A DNA stretch of 64,000 bases. Source: Octopus vulgaris. Taxonomy: Eukaryota. The position numbers and the translations under genes are program-made. Location of the stretch: assembly GCA_951406725.2 (NCBI GenBank), contig OX597831.1, forward strand, positions 35,278,001-35,342,000. Direction: 5' to 3'. A model generated the notes under the pieces. The model was not told where the DNA came from and searched no databases. It saw only the letters and a program-made list of their open reading frames with translations. Shown piece after piece: positions 1 to 13,974 of the stretch (within the stretch, counting starts at the first letter, position 1; each line of letters opens with the position of its first letter).

Positions 1-255
1 TCTCTCTTGACTTGTTCCACCACTACCACCACTATCACTACCACCACTACTTCTACCATCACCAGTGGTACCATCACAACCACCACCATCATCACCATTG
101 TTACCAACATCACCACTATCTCTAGCACCACCACCACCCTATCATTTACTCTGACCAGTAATAATAACATGGCCACCACTACTACCATCACTACCTCTAC
201 AACCACCACACCATCACCACCACCACCACTACCACCATTCTCACCACCATCCCTG
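1..255. repeat. Degenerate (CAC/CAT)n trinucleotide low-complexity tract
   Basis: accaccactaccaccactatc... throughout. Confidence 0.9.
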
Positions 256-1107
256 GTATGAGACCACCCTTTTCTGTCCTAAGTCTTTACACTCCTCATT
301 TGCCTCTCTACTTACTCTTTCTCCCAGATGTTAGCTTTGTCTGTTTGTTTGTTAGTGTTCTTTTTTTGTTTTTGTTTTTTTTTTTTTTCTATTTATTTTT
401 TCATAAATATGCCTTTACAGTGTAATCCCTAATTTATAGAATGACTGGATTGTCATGGCCGAAATGCCTCTACTTATCAGGTCATGTAGTTGACCTCATG
501 TTGAGTGACAACACACACACACACACACACACAAACAATATTTATATATCTCTCACTCACTAACATAGTATACTCAAGCCAATGAAGGAGCCACTATGTG
601 GTTGCGTGACTTGCTAGAAATCTTTTTAAATTACTCTCCTCTTAAATATATGTTATCCCATGGTGGGTTGAATTTTCAACCCCTATCTCATTTTATAATA
701 TATATATATATAGCACACACGTGAACGGAAAGTGTTGCTGAAGAGGTTACAGATGTGTGATGAAGAATTTCCAGACAATAGACATGACTTGAAATGAGAA
801 CAGTAATAAATGGGTGAAGAAAGAATATATAGTGTATGTGTTTATTTGGCAAAAAAAAAAAATGACCATCCCAAAATACAACAATATATATGTGTGTGTG
901 TGTGTTATAATTTAGAACAAACAGTAAAAGGTTGTTATTATAGTACTCAGAGTTTCGAATGTTGGAGCGAAGTGCTACGATGTATTCTTGTCGGCTGTAA
1001 TGACAGCCTTTTACTTTTTGTTCTAAACTATAACACATATAAATAATCCTCTATTTATCTAATGTCGAGGTCTCATTCTTTTGTTTGTTACTTTTTATTA
1101 CTATCAT

Positions 1108-1169
<62 letters not shown>

Positions 1170-1347
1170 GCACGAAGGACATATTGGACAATGTAGTTTA
1201 TAATACACTATCTGAAAGGATGGGATGATGACAGCTATCACATTTTTGATCATGTGTTTTTCTCATTTGAAATTCACTTGGAGCTAAACAAGAACAACAC
1301 ACACACACACACACACAATTACTCAGTGCATCTGTTATATTTTACAC

Positions 1348-1940
1348 CAGTGGTTCTCAGCTTATGCTCCCCACCCCAGCCCTGATTCCTATTTTATGCA
1401 GGAGAGAGGGGGCCCTATTAGCCATTCGATGTTTAAAAACTCAAACTATATTTTTATGATTAAATATCATTAGGAATTGTATAAAACAAATGTTTAAATA
1501 TAGTGTGTATTGTATGGCTTAGTGGTCAGAGCAATGGGCTCATAATCAGGAGGTAGTGAGTTTGTGTGCCAGACCGGACTGTGTGTTGTGTTCTTGAGCA
1601 AGACACTTCAGTTCACATTGTTCCAGTTCACTCAGCTGTAGAAATGAGTTGTGATGTTACCAATGCCAAGGTGTATCGGCCTTTGCTTTTCCCTTGGATA
1701 ACACTGGTGGCATGGAAAGGGGAGGCTGATATGCATGGGTGACTGCTAGTCTTCCATAAAAACAGCCTTACCTGGACTTATGCCTCAGATGGTAACTTTC
1801 TGGATGCAATCCCATGGTCATGCACGACCGAAGTGGAGTTCTTTTTTTAGGAGCATAACTAATATACAGCACATAAATTTTAACAGCAAAATCTTATATG
1901 GGACCCGAAGGGCCATATGGGCCCTGGTTGAAAACCACTG
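1348..1940. mobile_element. hAT-type MITE interrupted by a SINE-B copy (about 1510-1850)
   Basis: TIRs CAGTGGTT...AACCACTG; 8-bp TSD ttttacac/ttctacac; related copy at 35296-35572 in the opposite orientation. Confidence 0.8.
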
Positions 1941-2831
1941 TTCTACACCCTGAGCAGCAAATTGACAGTCATTGGAGTTTCAGACTGAGTGTTTTGTGGT
2001 GTTTGTCCAGGATTTCTGTGCTTTGATTTTGGATCTTTCCAGGGTTTGTTTTGCCATTAATCCTTTTGTGCTTTTGGGGCTTTTAGCCCAGCGTTGTAGA
2101 TAGTTGTGAGCTGCTAAATGCCTTGTAGTAGTTTTTTTCAAGTTTTTTTTTGCATTCTAAATTCAAATCCAATCATGGCCTACTTGAGTGGTAGACCTTA
2201 TCCATCACCCAGTTTAATAGCACCACCTGGCACCATGTTTGCTTTTAGTGGAGTCCACTTTGTTGCAAGCATTTAGGCCATGCGACAATTCATAGATTCT
2301 GCTTTCTCTTTTGAATAAAAGAGAAAAGAAAAAAAAGAGAGAAATACATCTGTCTGTCTGTCTCTCCCCCATTTTCATTATTGTCACTCATTATTTAGAG
2401 CTGTCATTCACTCGCACAACTGTCACAAACACTCACTGTCACTAATCTCTCTGTTCAACATATACATGTGCATGTACAGGTGTGTGTAGGTGTGTGCATA
2501 CATACATACATACATGCATACATACATACATAATCATCATCTTTTTAACTTCTACTTTTCCATGCTTGCATGGATCAGATAGAATTTGTTGAGGCAGATT
2601 TCCTATGGCTGGATGCCTTTCCTGCTGCCAACCATCAGCTGTTTCCAAGCCAGGTGATATTTCCTTATGGCTGGACATGTTTTTAATTGAAGATGAGAAA
2701 ACAAATGGCACCGCTTGTATGATGAGGACCCTCATTTCCAATTATTGTGCAAGATGACACAATTGTACACTAACACATACACACACAAGAAGATGTATAC
2801 ATATACATATGTATAAATCATCATCATCATA

Positions 2832-3240
2832 GGCGCAGGAGTGGCTGTGTGGTAAGTAGCTTGCTAACCAACCACATGGTTCCGGGTTCAGTCCCACTGC
2901 GTGGCATCTTGGGCAATTGTCTTCTGCTATAGCCCCGGGCCGACCAATGCCTTGTGAGTGGATTTGGTAGATGGAAACTGAAAGAAGCCTGTCATATATA
3001 TGTATATATATATATGTATGTGTGTGTGTGTTTGTGTTTGTCCCCCTAGCATTGCTTGACAACCGATGCTGGTGTGTTTACGTCCCTGTCACTTAGCGGT
3101 TCGGCAAAAGAGACCGATAGAATAAGTACTGGGCTTACAAAGAATAAGTCCTGGGGTCGATTTGCTCGACTAAAGGTTGTGCTCCAGCATGGCCGCAGTC
3201 AAATGACTGAAACAAGTAAAAGAGTAAAGAGTAAGAGTAT
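2832..3240 (+). mobile_element. tRNA-derived SINE family A, full length (other copies about 11378-11772 +, 31593-31995 +, 40277-40672 +, 45247-45638 -; partials at 12579, 16672, 38675, 52915)
   Basis: A-box-like tggctgtgtgg, B-box-like ggttcagtccc, CORE-like ttgggcaagtgtc, internal (TA)(TG) microsatellite, 3' aaagagta repeats; many similar copies in the window. Confidence 0.88.
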
Positions 3241-3792
3241 GTGATTCTTTTTCCATGCTGGCATGCATTGGAAGCTTAACAGGAACCAAACAACGAGAGG
3301 ATTGCATTGAGCTCCAGTGGCTTCTTTGGTATATTTCCTACAGCTGGATGCCCTTCCTAATGCCAACCATTTATAGAGTGTATTAAGGTGCATTTTGCAT
3401 GGCACCAACCCTGTTAAGGTCTCCAACTACTCACAAGACAAGACCCCCGCCTCAGCTGAGTAGGGTTTAGTATTGAGGGATATGTAAGTATGATAGAGGG
3501 ACAGGAGAAGATGTCTTGCTGAGGTGGACAATAAAACAACGATGATGGTGATGATGATGGTTATGATGATATATCACATGACCAACCAAGCTATTGGATG
3601 TTGTTATACATCACTGGTCACAATACACTGGACTGGAGCTCTGTGAAATGGAATGTTTCGCTCAAGAACACAATACACCACTTGATCAAGGAAATGAACC
3701 CATGATCTAAGGATCATGAGTGCAGTACCCTAACCACCAGGCTATGTGATTTCATAATGATATATATATATATATATATATATATAACACAC

Positions 3793-3945
3793 TTGGGATG
3801 GTTGGCATTAGGAAGGGTATCCAGCTCTAGAAACCATGCCAATTCAGACTGGAGTCTGGTGCAGGCCCTCAGCTATCTAATCCTGGTCAAACTGTCCAAC
3901 CCATGACAGCATGGACAACAGACATTAAATGATGATGATGATGAT
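3793..3945 (+). mobile_element. RTE-type 3' tail element ending in (GAT)n (others about 9786-9930 -, 15442-15680 -, 15858-15982 +, 16470-16620 +, 17562-17697 +, 28830-29060 +, 37625-37860 -)
   Basis: Recurring ggttggcattaggaagggcatccagctgtagaaaccatgcc...ccaacccatgccagcatgg...ttaaatgatgatgat. Confidence 0.75.
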
Positions 3946-4129
3946 ATAGGTATGTATGTGTGTACACACACTCACACATGCTCAATCATGCACACACATC
4001 CTAACTCAGATTTCTAGCTGTTATCCCCACTCTTACTCTCTTGGGTCATCTTTTTGGGTTGTTTTATTTATTATTCGTTTATTTTTCTTCCCTTTGTTTT
4101 AAAACTCCAATTAGCTTAGCTTTCTTTAA

Positions 4130-4348
4130 CCCTTTAGTATTTAAACCGGCCATATCCTGCCAAAATAGCTAATCTGTTTTATGTTCAAACTGACCAGATC
4201 CAGGCTCTCACACCTACCCTACAATGTTATTCTACATTAAGTAATTACACCATCAAGATCTTGAAGATATGAGATAATGCATGATTAATTCAAATCAATG
4301 GGAACCAATAAGCATTACGTTTGATAGAATAATCTGAACACTAAAGGG
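4130..4348. mobile_element. TTAA-flanked MITE family P1, piggyBac-like (other copies about 25517-25738, 27313-28040, 54925-55137, 63698-63860)
   Basis: ttaa|CCCTTTAGT...ACTAAAGGG|ttaa; shared internal ctcacacctaccctacaatg. Confidence 0.8.
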
Positions 4349-5685
4349 TTAAGGAAACCAAATATCTGTTTAGGTTCTTAGAATTCCAAAAATGAAAACA
4401 AAAAAAAAACCAAAAGCAAACAAATTTTTTCCAGACTTTATATGTTTTTCAGATTTCCAAATAATCTATTATTGTTATTATGTGTTATACATGTTATATA
4501 TGTGTGTCTGTCTGTTTTATTTAAAATTGTTATTGTGTTTTGGTTGCTTTACTTTGATATCTTTGTGTGTATATGTGTGCATGTGTGAGTGTGCATATGT
4601 GTGTGTGTGTGTTTTCCTTCTCTCCTATCCGTTTCTGATTTGGCATTTTTTTGTCTTTTGCTTCCACAAAATCTCTTTTACATCTCTAAAGTAGATATGC
4701 ATGTCAGATTTTGCATGCTTATAAAACCTCTTCTTTGTTTATTTATTTATTTACTTATTCTGTTCACTAACAATTCTCTTAAAATTATACATGTTACTGA
4801 GACTTGTTCCAAGCAGAAATGTTTAGCAAAACCAATTAATCGATTTAGTTAATTAGTTAATATAAAACACATACATGTTAAACATTGCGTGAGAAGTGAA
4901 AAATCTGTCTAAAAAAATTTGCATCTTTAAAATATTTCAACAGTTTATTTCATTCTGTTAATGGAAAACCAAATATTGTCTTAAATATCATGAAATGTAA
5001 TTAATTCTAATCCTAAGGCTGAATCCTACTTATTAAGTCCATATCTTTTTAACCCAGATCTATCCTGAAATAAATTTTTTTAGAAGAAAAAAATTTAAAT
5101 TGTCCAAATGATTATTGCTCTAAATTATGCCAAAATTTGTAAATTTGCCATTGGTTTAACTGGCATAGAATATTTTATTAAACATGTTAAAATCTTTTAG
5201 AGTTCGTTTTTATGACATTTTTTTCCAATCCTGATCTATAACAATGTTTAACTTTATTTAAGGAGGACTAAATAAACACATATATTGTCCTAAATTCCTC
5301 CAAAATCTGTAAACTTATTATTAGTTCAACTGGCATAGAATATTGTAGGGGTTGTATAAAAAAGCACCTATTGCAATGCTATAGAATTAATGTTTTAAAA
5401 CTCATTTACTTTTATAGTCATTTTTCGTTTTCAGTTCTGGTTCAAAATAAAGATTAATTTTATTTAAGCTATAGCCAAACAAAGCTGCTTAAGTCATAGA
5501 CTTTCCAAATATCTATGATAGTAACATTGGTTGAGATAAAGCTGAATAATGTCTGAAACACCTCAAAACACACTTCATTATAATTCCATCTTCATCAATT
5601 TACATAATTTCTTTTCATCTGCATCATCTAATATGCACAGCAACTCAGAAGATTGACTACTTTTGTTGTTGTGTATGACTTACAG

Positions 5686-5997
5686 CAGGGGTCGGGGAAC
5701 TTTTTTAACCAATTACCCCAAAATATACTTATTTACGCAGCTGTTAGCCCCCTTGATTTGAAAGGAAGAAAATCATAGGTTCTTTGAATTTAAAAAGTTT
5801 ATTGAATCTATTTATATGAATCTATTTACACGTCCATTACATTGGACAGATGCAGTGTTGCCAGAAGAAAAATTTCTGCCATAACAAGGAACATGTTATT
5901 CATATAATTTTACTTGTGTCTAATGAGTCCTCTTTACCCCCACGAATTTCATTTTTACCCCCACTTGCAGTAATATACCTCGGTTTACCAACCTCTG
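5686..5997. mobile_element. hAT-type MITE
   Basis: Imperfect TIRs CAGGGGTCGG.../...CCAACCTCTG; 8-bp TSD acttacag/acttgcag. Confidence 0.7.
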
Positions 5998-7459
5998 ACT
6001 TGCAGTGTAGAGTGAATGTATTTTATGGTGCCACTAGCATCATCAGAACACTTCTCTGTGCTAGATTAAAGAGTTCTTTCTCCCTGTATCAGTTCACGTT
6101 GTTTGCTTTTTTAGTTACTGTTCTCCTGGGCAGGTTCCCTGATCATTGACTCACAAACACATGAAATTTGAAAGATTTCTAGAAAAGGTACAAGGCTCAT
6201 AGAGAAAACCTTCAGTGGCCTGCCTGTTGCTGACCCCTGACTTAGGAGACTGCCAGTCCTTATTTTACCATCTTATAACACTCTCTCCTAGCATAGTATT
6301 CTAATACCAACAATGAAATGATTGCAATGCTGTCTGTTGCTCTGACAGCAACTATTTATTTTTAAGTGCTTTCAAGTATTACTGAAATATACTGTTTGCT
6401 TACGGTCCAACAGCTAAGACTGTTTCCTGTAATGGATATTAGATATTACAAGAATCACTCTGAAACAAAACTGCAACAGCCTCGCTATTGCTGGTTATGA
6501 TATCAACTAGGAATAACAGGTTCTCTATAGTGCGATTTGTAATGCGATTGCCCAGGAAGCAATTAGTCCTGTTAACGAACCTCTTGTTCTGCTTTTGATA
6601 CTTAACAGTATTTTAAATTTCTAATATTATATACCTTGTTATCATTGTTTATAGTTTCTAATCAGCAAAGAGGAAATAGCAGATGCTCTCTAATTTATAC
6701 TCTGCTCACCAAGTAACCAGTGAGGCCTGCATATGAGTCTCATTTTGTCTCTATTCAGTGCTTTCAATATCTAATATATACTCTCCACATAATCTATTTT
6801 TTTATTGATTGAAAGTGATTTCATTATTTTGTTATTAATCAAATCAACTGCTGATTGAAATTATAAAGTCCAAACACACATCCATAAACCTAAAATAGTA
6901 TTCTTTCTCTCTTCTCCCCCACCATGCAAATGCCATTCCCCCCCCCACCAATTTTTGTTTCTTAAAAGGAGCAATGTATCCTATTGATGTCGTACACTGC
7001 TTATCCTTTCTAAATAAGTACCAGTAAGATACTGGGTCATTAGTATACTCTATTACCGGATTCATACACTGGATTGTGGTCATGTTGGAGCGATGTCCTT
7101 AACACAGTAACCATCACAGCCTGTTACATATACACATAGGTGATGCCACGTATTTCCAGTCACACCATATACTGTTTAATTACAAGGGAATGTAATTATT
7201 TTTTGCATTGTTTTTGTAATCTTTCATAATTAAACTTAATTATTTAGCGCACATGTTATTTAAATGACTTCAAAGCCACGTCAAGGATACGTAGTAAAAT
7301 ATTTTCTCAGTTTATAAAAATGTGCCACAGGTGGTGCATATGGCAGTCATGTGACGTTTGCAATGGACCATCAGTGGTACATGTGGCGGTTAATGTATTA
7401 ATATAGTCATTGGATTCAAATGTATGTGTGTATGTGTGCATGCACACGCTTGCCCATAT

Positions 7460-7604
7460 ATCCTCATATATATATATATAGGCATAGGCTTAGTAAGATG
7501 AACAGGTGAAATAGAACCCAGTGCACATGTATGTATATGTGTGTGTGTGTATATATATATATATATGTATATGTATGTGTGTATAAATGAATATATATGT
7601 GTAA

Positions 7605-7636
<32 letters not shown>

Positions 7637-7879
7637 GTTTGTGTGTGTATATATGTGTGTGTGTATATATGTATGTGTGTATATATGTATATATATATAT
7701 ACATTTATATGTATATATGGATATGTATGTATATATGTATATGTATGAATGTATATATGTATATGTATGAATGTATATATATATGTATACATACATATAT
7801 ATGTATGTATGTATATGTATGTCTATATATATGAATGTATATATGTGTGTGTGTATATGTGTGTGTGTGTATATAAATT

Positions 7880-7942
<63 letters not shown>
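7460..7942. repeat. Compound (TA)n/(TG)n/(TATG)n microsatellite
   Basis: Direct reading; source of the YIYI-type ORFs. Confidence 0.95.
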
Positions 7943-8321
7943 TCTCTCTCTATATAAACGGCAGTTTGTCTGTGCGTGTTTCTGTGTGTCTGTTTGCTTG
8001 TACCCTCACCCTGACCACGGCTTTCAACCGATTCTGATGAAACTTGACACACACATAGCCCAATGTCATAATTCAAAACTAACGCAGCGACAATTTTGAA
8101 AAGTTCCCCCACTTCTGAAAAAATCGATAAATTCGACATGGGGTCGACAATCAGAAACACTAACAGCAAACTGTCTAGGGGACGCAACTCCACCTTTTTT
8201 AACTAAAAAAAATTTACCATAATTTTTTTCCATTTTTTTGCTATGTTTTGGCTATAACTCTCTAAAAATGCTTTATAGTTATTTCCCTTACAAACCTGAG
8301 CAACGCCGGCGATACTGCTAG
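7943..8321 (+). mobile_element. Non-autonomous Helitron, copy 1
   Basis: A|TC 5' end, GC-rich subterminal hairpin-like cctgagcaacgccgg, CTAG|T 3' end, no TSD; highly similar to 47115-47487. Confidence 0.82.
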
Positions 8322-10986
8322 TATATATATAAACCAATTGTGAAGTTATAAAAGTAACTAATGAAGGGCTATGAGTTTTGTGCATGGTGCTTATCAAATC
8401 TGGTAAATGCCATGCATGGATACTGTCCATCTTGTGTAGGCACTTTTGTAACTTTCCAGCCGACATATTTTTGTATTTCCATTTGTTTCTCTCGATGTTC
8501 GCATACCCGAGTTTGTCTTCGCATTTTGTATTGTTTACGTTTTGTGACATCCTGTACCCACATATGCATGCATATATATATATATATATATATAAAAACA
8601 TACATATATATGCATGTATGTATATATGCATATATATGTGTGTGTGTGTATGTATATGCATATATACATTCTACCTTTCAACAATGTACACAAATGTAGC
8701 AGCAATGTTAAAACCTATTAACCCAGTTACCGTTTTCTCAACAAACTATGGTTTCAATGCAGAAGCTATTGGCTTTTACTCAAGCACACTGATCTTCTTC
8801 CATCTGTTTTACCACTTAATATGCATGATTTCTCTCAGACGTCTCCAGTGGTATATTTCTAGTTTATGAGGATGTCGCCTATAAATTGTAGAAGGCTGAT
8901 GGAAAGCACACTCAAGAATTACTTGTTAAGATTTATCTCTACAGACATTCCATAGAAATTACATCCAGCACTGACTTTTGTTATGATGTTCCGTATCTGA
9001 GTCATCAGATATAAACGATGTGATCAAAAATGTAAAAAGGATAATGGGCATATATCCATATTTCGAGAGTATTTGCTCCTTCGTCAGCACCCATCTAATC
9101 TCTTAATCATCCAGGTACACATATAAATAACAACTAAATACAGTTAAGGAGCAAAAATTCCCAAAATATGTTTTGTTTTTCATTTTCAATTTCATTGTTT
9201 GTTTACATCTAATGTACCAGATATGAAATATCGTAACAAGAATCAGTGCTGGCTATAATTTTTATGGAAAATCTGTAGAGGCGACCTTAACATGTGATCT
9301 AAAGTGCACTGCTAACACAGTAGAACATGGTATTGACTTAGAAAAGCATTTAATATACTTTATAGCATGTTATGGTTTCATGAAGAAATACCATTTCTCT
9401 ACAAATCATTGATACTCAAGGATTCAAAAGTGAGCCATTCAAACATACACTTAAAAGAAATATGTAAATAAGTGCGACCTCCATTGATATGAGTAGGGGT
9501 CTTTGCCAAACTACCAATGCAAATGGAAATGGTTTATCTGTGGTGTCACCCAACATTTTGATTTTTCATGGACCAAACATCGAAAATAGTGGTTCTCAAC
9601 CCAGAGTGCATATAAGATTTTGTTGCTAAAATTTAAGTGCAATAAACTTATATTTGTATGATACACAAAATAATTTTTCTGCAAGTGTGGCAGGGAAGCC
9701 TGGTATGCCTTGGAGGGTAACTTTCTAAATGCAATCCCATGGTCATTCATGACCAAAGGGGGTCTTTACCCTTTATATATACACGTCATCATCATCATTG
9801 TTTAATGTCCGCTTTCCATGCTAGCATGGGTTGGACGATTTGACTGAGGGCTGGCGAACCAGATGGCTGCACCAGGCTTCAATCTTGATCTGACAGAGTT
9901 TCTAAAGTTGGATGGTCTTCCTAATGCCAAGTATATATGTATATATATATATATACATACACACACATACACGTGTATGTGTGTGTCTTTGTACCCCTCC
10001 ACCACTTGACAACAGGCGTTGATGTGTTTACATCCCCCATAACTTAGCAGTTTGGCAAAAGAGTTTGGTAGAATGAATATTAGGCTTTAGAAAAAAGAAG
10101 TCCTGGGGTAAATTTGTTCAAGTGAAACCCTCCAAGGCAGTGTCCCAGCATGGCCACAGTCTAATGTCTGAAACAAGTAAAAGACAAAAGATACAGTTCC
10201 TAATAATTTTCAATCTTACAAATATAATAGAAGATTTTTTTGGACATTGAATGGCTATGGGAGTCCCTCATTCCTGAATAAATTTGCAATCAAAAGAGTT
10301 TATACACAAAAAATGAGAACCACTGATCTAAATAATAAATATGGGATGGGGGAAAAAAAGAAAAAAAATGAATTGGTGTGGAGCAATCTCTGCAACACTG
10401 CCTCTTATGAGATAACTGAAATACTCGCTCAAGCTGCAACTGGTCTTGTGAGTTCCACATTGAGTTACTTAGTCACATTTTGGTTCATAGAAGTTGGATC
10501 TGATGATCAATCATCTTCGTACACCAAAGAATTGCCGGTGAATATGTCAAATGTTACTGGTAGTATAGTTAGTACTCATATATGAAAACAATGAATACAC
10601 TGTGCTTATTATTATTATTATTCGACACAAAATATACTTTTAATAATAACAAGCATTCAGTGTTAGCTAAAAATACTCCACAGAATTAAATATATGTATG
10701 TGTATACAAGTGTATACATGTCTGTGTATATAAATATATATACACACACACATACTTTTATTCTTTTACTCATTTCAACCATGCAGCTGTCGTCATGCTG
10801 GAACACCACTATGGTATATGAAATCAGCCAAAATTGCAAAGATGATCTGGCTGAAGGAAGAAAACTTTGAATGACCCGTCCTTGTTTTCTTTGTATCGTC
10901 TATCTGGATGTTTTGTTGTCCCATTTTTGTATCACCTAACTGTCTGGATGTTTTGCGTTCTTGTCCCATTTTGTATTTTATTTATT

Positions 10987-11021
<35 letters not shown>

Positions 11022-11526
11022 CACACACACACGCGCACATACACACATATGTGTGTGTATATATGTACATCTATATATATGAACATATATATCATTATTT
11101 AAAACAATTTGATTTAGGCCCCATGCAACTTCAAGTTTCATAGGCTTGTCCCAGGAGCCCACCTTGTTGGGCACAGGCAGCCGAATCTCTCTCCCTCTCT
11201 CTCTCTCTCTCTATCTATCTGCCTGTATGTCTATATACATATAGATATGGATATGTAAATATATATGCATGTATATGCTTGTAATAGATATTTATATCTG
11301 TATATATATGCATATCTTTACATATAAATATGTGTGTGTGTGTTTATATGCCTATGTTTGTGTATATATGTATATACTGTGTGGTAAGTAACTTGCTAAC
11401 CAACCACATGGTTCCGGGTTCAGTCCCACTGCGTGACATCTTGGGCAAGTGTCTTCTGCTATAGCCCCGGGCCAACCAATGCCTTGTGAGTGGATTTGGT
11501 AGATGGAAACTGAAAGAAGCCTGTCG

Positions 11527-11565
<39 letters not shown>

Positions 11566-11795
11566 TTGTGTGTCTCTGTTTGTCCCCCCTAGCATTGCTT
11601 GACAACCGATGCTGGTGTGTTTACGTCCCCGTCACTTAGCTGTTCGGCAAATAGAGACCGATAGAATAAGTACTTGACTTACAAAGAATAAGTCCCGGGG
11701 TCGATTTGCTCGACTAAAGGCGGTGCTCCAGCATGGCCGCAGTCAAATGACTGAAACGAGTAAAAGAGAGTATATATTTACTCATATATATACTC

Positions 11796-11826
<31 letters not shown>

Positions 11827-12016
11827 CACACATATATATATAAGTTCTTTCACTTGTTTTCACATTACTATTGTTATTGAAAGCTGTGAAACAGCGTATA
11901 TTTTAGGATTAAGTTTCCCACTGTTTCATCCTTTCTTTAAGATAATGTTTACTTTTGCTTAGGCTGCAACTGATTAGCGAGACATTAATTGCACAATACA
12001 GATGTCTGTGTGCAAA

Positions 12017-12047
<31 letters not shown>

Positions 12048-13311
12048 CTATATGTGTGTGTATTTACATGTATACTCTTGCACATGTATATGGTTACATT
12101 TCTCTGCTCTAGTAATTTTTGCCACACTGATTGCCTGAGGTTCATTGCCTGGCTCTTAGAATTATTCTTTATTTATCTCACAAATCTACACCAAGCAGTT
12201 ACTGCAACTTATTGTTGGAAAAAGAGAAAAAAAATCATAATTTGATATAGGAAGAAGGTCTTATATAATTTAGAAAGAAGGAAACACTTTGAGGAAATCC
12301 TAATTATGTTTAATAAAATATCATGGGTTTTTTTAAAGTTTTCTTAAGGTTCTGTCACAAAGCTAGGGTTCACTGGCAGCTATAGTAGGAAGACCCTTTC
12401 CCAAAGGGACCTCGTCATTGTTTCTGTGAGCTTCTTGCTTATTTACCTATGCCCTGCACTCTTTTAATTATTCAACCATGTCTGTCCCTTAAATATTAAC
12501 TGTCACTTCAAGTCGTATGTGATTATGAGATCTTAGGCAATCTTACTTCTAGTGAAATACAACAAATGTTGGTGGAGTGAGGGCATGGCTGGGTGGTAGA
12601 AGACGTTTGTTTTGCAACCATGGGATGCCAGGTTTCATCCCTGCTGTGTGGCATTTTGGGTAGGAGCATTTACCACATCCTTCAGTTGACTTGAGCCTTG
12701 TGAATAGATTTGGGTAGAAGGAAAGCAGAAACTGTACAGAAGCCCACCACTTGGACTGTACCTGTAATTCAAGCATGTCACACGTACCTCATGCTGATTC
12801 TACCTGAAAATTGCATTAAGGCTACAGGTGTCCAGGTTACTCAATGACTTTGTACATTAATTCAGTAGGCTAGCTGATTCAGAGCCTCACACACTGAAAT
12901 CGACATAAGCTTCAATCATCATCATCGTCATCATCATCATCATCAACATCATCATCATCATCACTGTTGGTGAACTGAGGTAACGTGCTGTTTCAGTCAG
13001 TATTGTCCTTGGTAAATTAGGATAAATGCTTGGTGTATTTATAAATCCTGAAAAACGAGGTCACATTTTGCCTCTGGCAACAATGCTAAGAGATGAAGTG
13101 TGTATTTAGAGCTTGGCTGCTTGATGCTGTTTGGTTGCATCATTTTTGTTATTCCTTTTTCATATCAACCTGCCTGAGACTCCTTCTGGTTCCACAGCAC
13201 ACAGCCTCTCCTTTTAAAGTGGTCATATTTAAATTAAAACTTCTCATAATAATTTTAAGAAAAAAATCATATTATTAATACAGTTCTATATTTAAGAGAT
13301 GAGGAATTATG

Positions 13312-13449
13312 TACATTATTTACATTCAGCGGATATTTGTCCTCATCATCTTTGTTATTAACACATTTCAGCTGATATACCCCCCAGTTTTCATCCAGTG
13401 TCTTGAGGAAATTTTGAACCTGGGTTCTCATTCCTTAGGTATTTTTCGA

Positions 13450-13510
<61 letters not shown>

Positions 13511-13660
13511 ATCATAACATCGAAAAATGCCTTAGGAATGAGAACCCAAGTTCGAAATTTCCCCTAGACACCTGATGAAGGCTGGAGGGTATATCAGCCA
13601 AAATGTTGTGTTAACAACAAACAAGATGAGGACAAATATCCGTCGAATGTAAATAATATA
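13312..13660. mobile_element. Inverted pair of about 145-bp Penelope-like terminal repeats around an (ATT)n spacer, carrying a decayed hammerhead motif
   Basis: Arms 13312-13455 and 13514-13660 are imperfect reverse complements; right arm contains gacac-CTGATGA-a-ggctg...cagcc-aaaat-gtt-gtgtt. Confidence 0.7.
13567..13612 (+). ncRNA. Degenerate minimal type-I hammerhead ribozyme motif
   Basis: Stem I gacac/gtgtt, core CUGAUGA, stem II ggctg/cagcc; GAAAC-GUU reads AAAAU-GUU (two CpG-type transitions), so probably inactive. Confidence 0.55.
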
Positions 13661-13974
13661 AATCCTATTATTGCAGGATATTTTAAAAACCCAAAACAAA
13701 CAAAAATAATAAGGAAAATCTTAATAATTAGGAAATTAGTTATTGTTAGTAAATCCTTTCGATTTTCTTTTTTTTTTATTATTATTATTTTAAATATTAA
13801 TTGAAACGTAAGCAGTCTTATTTCATTGGAAATATAACTAGGGAATCGTTAAACTATTTACAATACCGATCAAATGTTTTTTTTTGTTTGTTTTGTTTTC
13901 ATTTGTTTGTGACTCCTAAGTTTGAAGCATCTTATCTTGTTAAATTCACTGACTGTCACCTGCCTACATAACAG

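Noticed and set aside
7-261. Thr/Pro-rich mucin-like ORF
   Set aside because: Simple (CAC)n degenerate repeat with a non-ATG start and no splice support.
8034-8045. CTGATGAAAC in the Helitron as a hammerhead core
   Set aside because: No stem II between CTGATGA and GAAA.
255-13974. Upstream NHE exon encoding the RVGV motif or transmembrane helices
   Set aside because: No convincing acceptor-ORF-donor found by eye; probably outside the window, though a short exon could have been missed.
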